The position numbers and the translations under genes are program-made. This document shows positions 23,930 through 33,222 of a stretch of DNA of 64,000 bases, piece after piece. The notes under the pieces are model-generated. The model had not been told where the DNA came from. It searched no databases and saw only the letters and a list, made by a program, of their open reading frames with translations. Source of the DNA: Auanema rhodensis (taxonomy: Eukaryota; Animalia; Nematoda). The stretch's first letter is position 1; the number at the start of each line of letters is the position of its first letter. Location of the stretch: NCBI GenBank assembly GCA_964057225.1, contig CAXKVF010000097.1, positions 1 to 64,000 on the forward strand, in the 5' to 3' direction.

Positions 23930-24481
23930 ATATATGTAACCTTTTTCATATATTCTCATTTTTAAATTTTACTCGTTTTTACATTTTTCATGCCATCCAT
24001 CAATCCTCATTTTGTGATAAAAAATAAAAAGTTTTACGATCGATTTGAGTATTTTTCTACATATCAGAGCATATTGAAATTGTGTTCAATCATTAAAACA
24101 AGTTTAGTTCAGTCTTATGAAACGTTTTATATTTTATAAAAAAAACATATTTTAACAATTGAATTGTTGTTCATTGATACCTGTTAAAATGCTCAACCTT
24201 TTGCCTGTTTTGTTTTGTTACAACTAACAAATTTATTAAAAAAAATACCACAACCCAATCAATCTTAGAAGTTCAATAAAATATAAAAAAATATAAAAAT
24301 ATTTTAAACATATTTTGAACCAATTCTATATGTAAAAATCAGTTGTCTATTTGTTAAAATATTCTAAATTAGTGAAAGAACTTCTTCCATTCACAAGAAA
24401 CTTAAATTGGTGTGAGAGTTTGTTTCATAATTTTTTTTGCGGAAATCAAGATATAGGTTTTTTTAAATATCAATTTACAAT

Positions 24482-24920
24482 AATTGTGGTGACCAACAAA
24501 TGGATGAAGTTCTCGTTACTTATTCTTTATAAACCCAAATCAAATTACTTAGGCGCTATCATTATTAAAAGGTATACACGGAATGAACCGATGAACTGTA
24601 AAATTTAAAAAGAAAATCATTAAAAAAATAAAAATAAATAATTTCTTAGTAATAAAAGAAGTAATATATAATATAAAATATTGTGGTGACCAACAATTGG
24701 ATGAAGTTCTCGTTACTTATTCTTTATAAACCCAAATCAAATTACTTAGGCGCTATCATTATTAAAAGGTATACACGGAATGAACCGATGAACTGTGAAA
24801 TTTAAAAAGAAAATAATTAAAAAAAGAAAAAAAAAGTTCTCGTTACTTATTCTTTATAAACCCAAATCAAATTACTTAGGCGCTATCATTATTAAAAGGT
24901 ATAAACGGAATGAACCGATG
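24482..24920 (-). repeat. About 2.5 inverted copies of the 197-bp repeat
   Basis: Reverse complement of the units at 27386-29985. Confidence 0.9.
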
Positions 24921-25268
24921 ATATAATAAAAAATAAAAATATTTAAGAATCTAAATAAACTAACTTCTTGGAAAGCTAGAAGTTGATGTTGCTGATTCTG
25001 ATATAATATAATTTAATATAATGTAACGACTAATCCAAATTCTCTAAATCAAAAACTGAAAATTGAATAAATATTCTGAAACTACTTGACTTACTCGAGA
25101 TTTGAATAAATTATAGAAACAATTTTAATATATATAAGTAATATAAAATGAATAAAAATCTAAATAAACTAACTTCTTGGATAGCGAGATGTTGATGTTG
25201 CTGATTCTGCTGCGTGTTAAAGATCCATTCATCGGGAACAATGTGAGTTCATTTTCTCAACCCCTCTC

Positions 25269-25275
25269 TTATATA
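25269..25275 (-). promoter_or_regulatory. TATA box (GTATATAAG) of the leftward promoter
   Basis: Matches the nematode GTATAWWAG consensus, immediately downstream of HSEs on the minus strand. Confidence 0.55.
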
Positions 25276-25284
25276 CCTTTACCG

Positions 25285-27015
25285 TGAGAATTTCTGGAAA
25301 ACTATCGAATGTTCTAGAATGTTCGATAGTTTTCCAGAAAGTCTCACGATGGTAGTTTTCCAGAAATTCTCACGTTTCAAAATAGAACATGACTATTGAT
25401 CTACTTGAGATTTACTTTTGATAAACAACTACACAATTCTTCATGTAACTATTCCATATTATTCTAAAACATTCTAGAACATTCTAGAACATTCCAGAAT
25501 ATTCTAGAACATTCCAGAATATTCTAGAACATTCTAGAACATTCCAGAATATTCTAGAACATTCCAGAATATTCTAGAATATTCCAGAACATTCTAGAAC
25601 ATTCCCGAACATTCAAGAACATTCTAGAACATTCCTGAATCTTCTAGAATGTTCTAGAATGTTTGAGAATGAAAAAGAATGCTCTCTTTTTTGATTTCAA
25701 AATGTTCAATCAATAGTTACATGAAGAATTGTGTAGTTGTTTATCAAAAGTAAATCTCAAGTAAGTCAATAGTCATGTTCTATTTTGAAACGTGAGAATT
25801 TTTCGAAAAATATCATCATGAGAATTTCTGGAAAATTCTAGAATATTTTCAAATGTTCTATTCGAAAGTTCTGAAATATTCTGGAATGTTCTAGAATAAA
25901 ACAGAATAATTTTTAGATTGTTCTAGAATATTCTAGAATTTTCCAGAAATTCTCATGATGTTATTTTTCGAAAAATTCTCACGTTTCAAAATAGAACATG
26001 ACTATTGACTTACTTGAGATTTACTTTTGATAAACAACTACACAATTCTTCATGTAACTATTCCATATTATTCTAAAACATTCTAGAACATTCTAGAACA
26101 TTCCAGAATATTCTAGAACATTCCAGAATATTCTAGAACATTCCAGAATATTCTAGAACATTCCAGAACATTCGAGAACATTCTAGAACATTCCTGAATC
26201 TTCTAGAATGTTCTAGAATGTTTGAGAATGAAAAAGAATGCTCTCTTTATTGATTTCAAAATGTTCAATCAATAGTTACATGAAGAATTGTGTAGTTGTT
26301 TATCAAAAGTAAATCTCAAGTAAGTCAATAGTCATGTTCTATTTTGAAACGTGAGAATTTTTCGAAAAATAACATCATGAGAATTTCTGGAAAATTATAG
26401 AATATTCTAGAACAATCTAAAAATTAATCTGTTTTATTCTAGAACATTCCAGAATATATCAGAACTTTCGAATAGAACATTTGAGAATATTCTAGAATTT
26501 TCCAGAAATTCTCATGATGTTATTTTTCCAAAAATTCTCACGTTTCAAAATAGAACATGACTATTGACTTACTTGAGATTTACTTTTGATAAACAACTAC
26601 ACAATTCTTCATGTAACTATTGATTGAACATTTTGAAATCAACAAAAAGAGAGCATTCTTTTTCATTCTCAAACATTCTAGAACATTCCTGAATCTTCTA
26701 GAATGTTCTAGAATGTTCCGGAATGTTCTAGAATGTTCTGGAATGTTCTAGAATATTCTGGAATGTTTGAGAATATTCTGGAATGTTCTAGAATGTTCTA
26801 GAATGTTTTAGAATAATATGGAATAGTTACATGAAGAATTGTGTAGTTGTTTATCAAAAGTAAATCTCAAGTAAATCAATAGTCATGTTCTATTTTGAAA
26901 CGTGAGAATTTCTGTAAAACTATCATCGTGAGACTTTCTGGAAAACTACCATCGTGAGATTTTCTGGAAAACTATTGAACATTCTAGAACATTCGATAGT
27001 TTTCCAGAAATTCTC
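25285..27015. promoter_or_regulatory. Heat-shock-element (nGAAnnTTCn) minisatellite arrays
   Basis: 10-bp period TTCTAGAACA/TTCCAGAATA, i.e. continuous alternating nGAAn pentamers, in blocks at about 25461-25665, 26070-26230 and 26670-26815, plus scattered sites. Confidence 0.8.
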
Positions 27016-27025
27016 ACGGTAAAGG

Positions 27026-27032
27026 TATATAA
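27026..27032 (+). promoter_or_regulatory. TATA box (GTATATAAG) of the rightward promoter
   Basis: Mirror copy of the above. It is followed by a CTCACATT initiator-like sequence ~25 bp downstream and a clean gtaagt...ttttcag intron near 27212-27251. Confidence 0.55.
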
Positions 27033-27385
27033 GAGAGGGGTTGAGAAAATAAACTCACATTGTTCCCGATGAATGGATCTTTAACACGCAGCAGAATCAG
27101 CAACATCAACTTCTCGCTATCCAAGAAGTTAGTTTATTTAGATTTTTATTCATTTTATATTACTTATATATATATATATTAAAATTGTTTCTATAATTTA
27201 TTCAAATCTCGAGTAAGTCAAGTAGTTTCAGAATATTTATTCAATTTTCAGTTTTTGATCTAGAGAATTTGGATCAGTCGTTACATTATATTAAACTATA
27301 TTATATCAGAATCAGCAACATCAACTTCTAGCTTTCCAAGAAGTTAGTTTATTTAGATTTTTAAATATTTTTATTTTTTATTATA

Positions 27386-29985
27386 TCATCTGTTCATTCC
27401 GTGTATACCTTTTAATAATGATAGCGCCTAAGTAATTTGATTTGGGTTTATAAAGAATAAGTAACGAAAACTTCATCCATTTGTTGGTCACCACAATATT
27501 TTATATTATTTATTAATTCTTTTATTACTAAGAAATTATTTCTTTTTCTTTTTTTAATGATTTTCTTTCTGATTTTCACAGTTCATCGGTTCATTCCGTG
27601 TATACCTTTTAATAATGATAGCGCCTAAGTAATTTGATTTGGGTTTATAAAGAATAAGTAAGGAGAACTTCATCCATTTGTTGGTCACCACAATATTTTA
27701 TATTATTTATTACTTCTTTTATTACTAAGAAATTATTTATTTTTCTTTTTTTAATGATTTTCTTTCTAAATTTCACAGTTCATCGGTTCATTCCGTGTAT
27801 ACCTTTTAATAATGATAGCGCCTAAGTAATTTGATTTGGGTTTATAAAGAATAAGTAACGAGAACTTCATCCATTTGTTGGTCACCACAATTATTTATAT
27901 TATATATTACTTCTTTTATTACTAAGAAATTATTTCTTTTTCTTTTTTTAATGATTTTCTTTTTAAATTTCACAGTTCATCGGTTCATTCAGTGTATACC
28001 TTTTAATAATGATAGCGCCTAAGTAATTTGATTTGGGTTTATAAAGAATAAGTAACGAGAACTTTATCCAATTGTTGGTCACTAGAATATTTTATATTAT
28101 ATATTACTTTTTTTATTACTAAGAAATTATTTATTTTTATTTTTTTAATGATTTTCTTTTTAAATTTCACAGTTCATCGGTTCATTCCGTGTATACCTTT
28201 TAATAATGATAGCGCCTAAGTAATTTGATTTGGGTTTATAAAGAATAAGTAACGAGCACTTCATCCATTTGTTGGTCACCACAATATTTTATATTATATA
28301 TTACTTCTTTTATTACTAAGAAATTATTTATTTTTATTTTTTTAATGATTTTCTTTTTAAATTTCACAGTTCATCGGTTCATTCCGTTTATACTTTTTAA
28401 TAATGATAGCGCCTAAGTAATTTGATTTGGGTTTATAAAGAATAAGTAACGAGAACTTTATCCAATTGTTGGTCACTAGAATATTTTATATTATATATTA
28501 CTTCTTTTATTATTAAGAAATTTCTAAAGTTTTTCTTTCTAAATTTCACAGTTCATCGGTTCATTCCGTGTATACCTTTTAATAATGATAGCGCCTAAGT
28601 AATTTGATTTGGGTTTATAAAGAATAAGTAACGAGAACTTTATCCAATTGTTGGTCACTAGAATATTTTATATTATATATTACTTCTTGTATAACTAAGA
28701 AATTTCTAATGTTTTTCTTTCTAAATTTCACAGTTCATCGGTTCATTCCGTGTATACCTTTTAATAATGATAGCGCCTAAGTAATTTGATTTGGGTTTAT
28801 AAAGAATAAGTAACGAGAACTTTATCCAATTGTTGGTCACTAGAATATTTTATATTATATATTACTTCTTTTATTACTAAGAAATTTCTAATGTTTTTCT
28901 TTCTAAATTTCACAGTTCATCGGTTCATTCCGTGTATACTTTTTAATAATGATAGCGCCTAATTATTTTGATTTGGGTTTATAAAGAATAAGTAATGAGA
29001 ACTTCATCCATTTGTTGGTCACCACAATATTTTATATTATATATTACTTTTTTTATTACTAAGAAATTATTTATTTTTTTTCTTTTAATGATTTTCTTTC
29101 TAAATTTCACAGTTCATCGATTCATTCCGTTTATACCTTTTAATAATGATAGCGCCTAAGTAATTTGATTTGGGTTTATAAAGAATAAGTAATGAGAACT
29201 TCATCCATTTGTTGGTCACCACAATTATTTATATTATATATTACTTCTTTTATTACTAAGAAATTATTTCTTTTTCTTTTTTTAATGATTTTCTTTTTAA
29301 ATTTTACAGTTCATCGGTTCATTCCGTGTATAATTTTTAATAATGATAGCGCCTAAGTATTTTGATTTGGGTTTATAAAGAATAAGTAACGAGAACTTCA
29401 TCCATTTGTTGGTCACCACAATATTTTATATTATATATTACTTCTTTTATTACTAAGAAATTATTTATTTTTATTTTTTTAATGTTTTTCTTTCTAAATT
29501 TCACAGTTTATCGGTTCATTCCGTGTATACCTTTTAATAATGATAGCGCCTAAGTAATTTGATTTGGGTTTATAAAGAATAAGTAACGAGAACTTCATCC
29601 ATTTGTTGGTCACCACAATTATTTATATTATATATTACTTCTTTTATTACTAAGAAATTATTTCTTTTTCTTTTTTTAATGATTTTCTTTTTAAATTTCA
29701 CAGTTCATCGGTTCATTCAGTGTATACCTTTTAATAATGATAGCGCCTGAGTAATTTGATTTGGGTTTATAAAGAATAAGTAATGAGAACTTCATCCATT
29801 TGTTGGTCACCACAATATTTTATATTATATATTACTTCTTTTATTACTAAGAAATTATTTCTTTTTCTTTTTTTAATGATTTTCTTTCTAAATTTCACAG
29901 TTCATCGGTTCATTCCGTGTATATCTCTTGATAATGATACCGCCTAAGTAATTTGATTTGGGTTTATTAAGAATGAGTAACGAAC
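27386..29985 (+). repeat. Tandem array of 197-bp units (three are 182 bp), about 14 copies; one more diverged copy at ~30950-31055
   Basis: GTTCATCGGTTCATTCC (or single-base variants) recurs at 27581, 27778, 27975, 28172, 28369, 28551, 28733, 28915, 29112, 29309, 29506, 29703 and 29900. Confidence 0.95.
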
Positions 29986-30927
29986 TGTTGATCACCGGAA
30001 GACTAGTTCGTGTATCATACCAGCTGGTTCCACACCAGTCGTTGCGAGCTGAACTCAACAGCAAGATAGTTGAAATTGTCGAAAATTTCTTCCACATTCT
30101 TGAACATAATATAACTTTACAACTAGAACCATCATCTATACTGAATTATTTCGAACAATCTGAAGAGAAACAGTTGAACATACGTAAACTATTTACTAGC
30201 ACTGTCTATATTTGTGAACTTTGTGGATTCTCAAGATTCACATTCGCCAAAAGCATTGTAAGTGTTTTATTAGTAAACCATAAATAAGTTAACTCAGTTG
30301 TGGAGTTTAACATTCAAATATCGTTTTGGCTTATCTGGTATACGATGTTTGACTGAACAGAACAGCGATATCGATGAAAATATTGCTTTAGCAATAATTT
30401 TCATGGAACATCCTCAGATTTCAAAATCTGTTAAACAGGCAACGGTTCGAAATGAAATTAATTTGAAATAATAATTCGTTCATCGTTTGTTAGGAATTGA
30501 TGCTTAGGCAGCTCACTTTGATTAAAACCCTGGACAACCTAGAGAAAGGGAATTTCAATGAGAAGCGTAAACAATCTTTATGTGAAACAGCAAGTGAAAA
30601 CGACACTTGTATATTTTGTAACGATGAATGGCCAAAACCTACTATGCATTCAATCAAAAGACGACGATTACTGAGGTTCATAGATATTCAAGTATTTTTT
30701 CTAGTCTTTAGTAAATTTTAAGCACTGATAGTGAAGAATATTCCTATATCTGTTATGTCTCTTCTCATAAAAATGGTCCCAGAAAATGGGTAGAAGCTTT
30801 TTACGATGGTTTTTCCAAGTATGGAAATCCTCTGCTGAGAAGTACAACAAGTTCAAAATACACCCTGAGGGTGTACTACAAAGGCTGTCAAAAATGTATA
30901 GAAAAAAAATTTTTAAAAAAATGTTGA
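29973..30927 (+). CDS. Spliced family A paralogue (4 exons)
   Basis: Exons 29973-30257, 30298-30444, 30494-30675 and 30723-30927 give MSNELLITGRL...YICELCGF...DTCIFCNDEW...KRRRLLS|TDSEEYSYICYVSSHKNGPRKWVEAFYDGFSKYGNPLLRSTTSSKYTLR...*. Confidence 0.65.
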
Positions 30928-31065
30928 TTTTAGTTTTATTGATTTTTTTATCGTTTATTACTAAGAAATTTCTAATGATTTTCTTTTTAAATCTCACAGT
31001 TCATCGGTTCATTCCGTGAATCCCTTTTAATAATGATACTGCTTAAGTAATTTGATGCAGAAAAT

Positions 31066-32170
31066 ATGTCGGAATACGACTCCTTCGAAGAAGAAGGTCC
31101 AATTCATTCGTTGTTACAAGAGATTTTAGATCGTATAGACAACATGGCACTTAAAAACCAAGGCATGCCCTATTTTTATTAAGACAACTTACATTGGTAT
31201 TCAGATCAAGATTGTACCATGTCTTCTTCAAATAAAATAGCGAACGATACGAACAGAAATGAGAAAAAAAGAAAACAAATTGATCGAAATGTTCATAGAA
31301 ATGAGCTTATGCAGAAAGAGGAAGGAGCTTTCAACTATGATGATGAAATTGTTGAAAGAGACAGAATAAAAATAAAAAAATTTCTAATAAATAATGGAAT
31401 CAATGTAGAGCGCGCGTATGTTGCTCTGGTTAGCCAATATTGGATTTGATATTTGTTGCAATACATCTTTTCTAGGTAGCTATAGCTGATGAAGAAGAAT
31501 TTAGATATGGCTTTAACACTAGTGAAAGCTCCGATTCAGATTATACGGTTGTATATAGTCAGCGTAGCCAAGGTACGAGAAGTCGTACTAGAAGAAGTCG
31601 AATCGCAACCGAAAATTGTCGTTGTGACGCAACGTTTCTCAATTCTGTCGTTTTTAACAAACTAATTGACTCAAGTAAATTCCAATCATGGTTATCTTAT
31701 TGTCTCATTCTTATAGTGCATGATACTTTTCAAGTACTGATAATAACTAGAGAAAATTCAGTCGAAAAAGTTATTCCCAACTCTCTTTTCATTGTGTTAG
31801 ATCAAGGAAATCGTTGGAGAGCAGCAGTTGCTCTGAAAACTTGTAAAAAGAGTTTCAACATATATTACAATGTGCTCATGGTATAACCTACAATAATTTT
31901 GAATCGAACATAAAATTGTTTTTCTAGTACGAGGAAGCTACTGTTTTCCTCAAAAGTTGAAGCATAATCAACAATGCTCAATTTGACAATAAAACAGTCG
32001 AAACGTTGCTCAACAAAATCTCTGAATTCTGTGGCAAACAAAGACCAGGCAGGCGAGGTACAACTGGTAAAACATATCCAAAACACACACATTCGTTGAA
32101 ATGTCTTGATTTTCAAAATCATGCTTTTTTACTACTGCCAAAACAAGTTTCCAGAAACGAAGCTGTTTGA
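31066..32170 (+). pseudogene. Spliced family B paralogue with an in-frame TGA at 31958-31960
   Basis: MSEYDSFEEEG...IATENCRCDATFLNSVVFNKLIDS|MHDTFQVL...FIVLDQGNRWRAAVAL...YYNVLM|YEEATVFLKS*SIINN...GKTYPKHTHSLKCLDFQNHAFLLLPKQVSRNEAV*. The first intron needs a GC donor. Confidence 0.55.
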
Positions 32171-32730
32171 TTAACTTATTTTTTTCTCACGAACTATTTG
32201 AAGAATTGTCATCATAGTAATCAATGAAATGTTAATACTGAAATTCATATGTGAAACACATGATCATAGTGGAATGTGAACCACAAACATTTTTTTAACA
32301 ATAAAACAGTCGAAACGTTGCTCAACAAAATCCCTGAATTCTGTGGCAAACAAAAACCAGGCAGGCGAGGTACAACTGGTAAAACATATCCAAAACACAC
32401 ACATTCGTTGAAATGTCTTGATTTTCAAAATCATGCTTTTTTACTACTGCCAAAACAAGTTTCCAGAAACGAAGCTGTTTGATTAACTTATTTTTTTTTC
32501 AAGAACTAATTGAAGAATTGTCATCATAGTAATCAATGAATTGTTAATACTGAAATTCATATGTGAAACACATGATCATTGTGGAATGTGAACCACAAAC
32601 AATTTTTGTTTTTTGATTAAACTTATTTTTTTCTCACGAACTAATTGAAAAATGGTAATAATAGTAAGCAATGAATTGTTAATACTGAAATTCATATGTG
32701 AAACACATAATCATTGTGGAATGTGAACCA
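31987..32730 (+). repeat. 312-bp direct duplication of the gene 3' end plus three ~120-bp subterminal repeats
   Basis: CAATAAAACAGTCG occurs at 31987 and 32299. The ...GAAATTCATATGTGAAACACAT...GTGGAATGTGAACCA unit occurs three times. Confidence 0.9.
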
Positions 32731-32737
32731 AAAATAA

Positions 32738-32787
32738 GCGGGGGCGCGGGGGCGGCAGCCCCTGCATGTAGATATAGAAATAACTAG
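32738..32787 (+). mobile_element. GC-rich hairpin followed by CTAG: Helitron/rolling-circle-like 3' terminus
   Basis: GCGGGGGC-GGCA-GCCCCTGC forms an 8-bp stem with one G:T and a GNRA loop at 32746-32765. CTAG at 32784-32787 directly abuts telomeric repeats. Confidence 0.5.
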
Positions 32788-32906
32788 CCTAAGCCTAAGC
32801 CTAAGCCTAAGCCTAAGCCTAAGCCTAAGCCTAAGCCTAAGCCTAAGCCTAAGCCTAAGCCTAAGCCTAAGCCTAAGCCTAAGCCTAAGCCTAAGCCTAA
32901 GCCTAA
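32787..32906 (-). repeat. Interstitial telomeric tract, 20 perfect TTAGGC units
   Basis: (GCCTAA)20 on the plus strand. Confidence 0.98.
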
Positions 32907-33222
32907 AAACAAATTTTTATTGATATTGGTGCATGGTAACCATGACTTTGAAATTTACGTGAACTTTAATTTATGCTAATTAAATGTACACGTGATGTGC
33001 ACTTGGTATGTAACTCGCTTCACGTGAAAGATAAAGAAATGCGGTTTTCAAAATTAGATTCCCCATGTCCATATTAGTCTAAAAACAAATTTTTATTGAT
33101 ATTGGTTCATGGTAACCATGACTTTGAAATTTACGTGAACTTTAATTTATGCTAATTAAATGTACACGTGATGTGCACTTGGTATGTAACTCGCTTCACG
33201 TGAAAGATAAAGAGATGCGGTT
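32903..33222 (-). repeat. About 1.8 inverted monomers of the 176-bp satellite (fold-back)
   Basis: Reverse complement of the main array; orientation switches at ...GATGCGGTT|TGGTTACC. Confidence 0.95.

Larger units (their letters stand above)
9062..24481 (+). repeat. Tandem segmental array of a ~4.4-kb unit, 3 full copies plus 1 partial (starts 9062, 13508, 17916, 22323; truncated at 24481)
   Basis: Near-identical sequence with periods of 4446, 4408 and 4407 bp. Differences are homopolymer lengths, a 24-bp duplication, telomeric-tract length and a few SNPs. Confidence 0.97.
24482..27720. repeat. Large imperfect palindrome (fold-back) with six alternating-orientation copies of an ~80-bp module inside
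   Basis: About 24.5-25.6 kb is the reverse complement of about 26.7-27.7 kb. The module CACGTTTCAAAATAGAACATGACTATTGA...TGTAACTATT occurs near 25371(+), 25710(-), 25980(+), 26270(-), 26540(+) and 26822(-). Confidence 0.9.

Noticed and set aside
3700-32790. Canonical autonomous Helitron or Maverick/Polinton
   Set aside because: No RepHel/Pif1 helicase, protein-primed polymerase, integrase or long terminal inverted repeats were found. The only replication enzyme is SF3-type.
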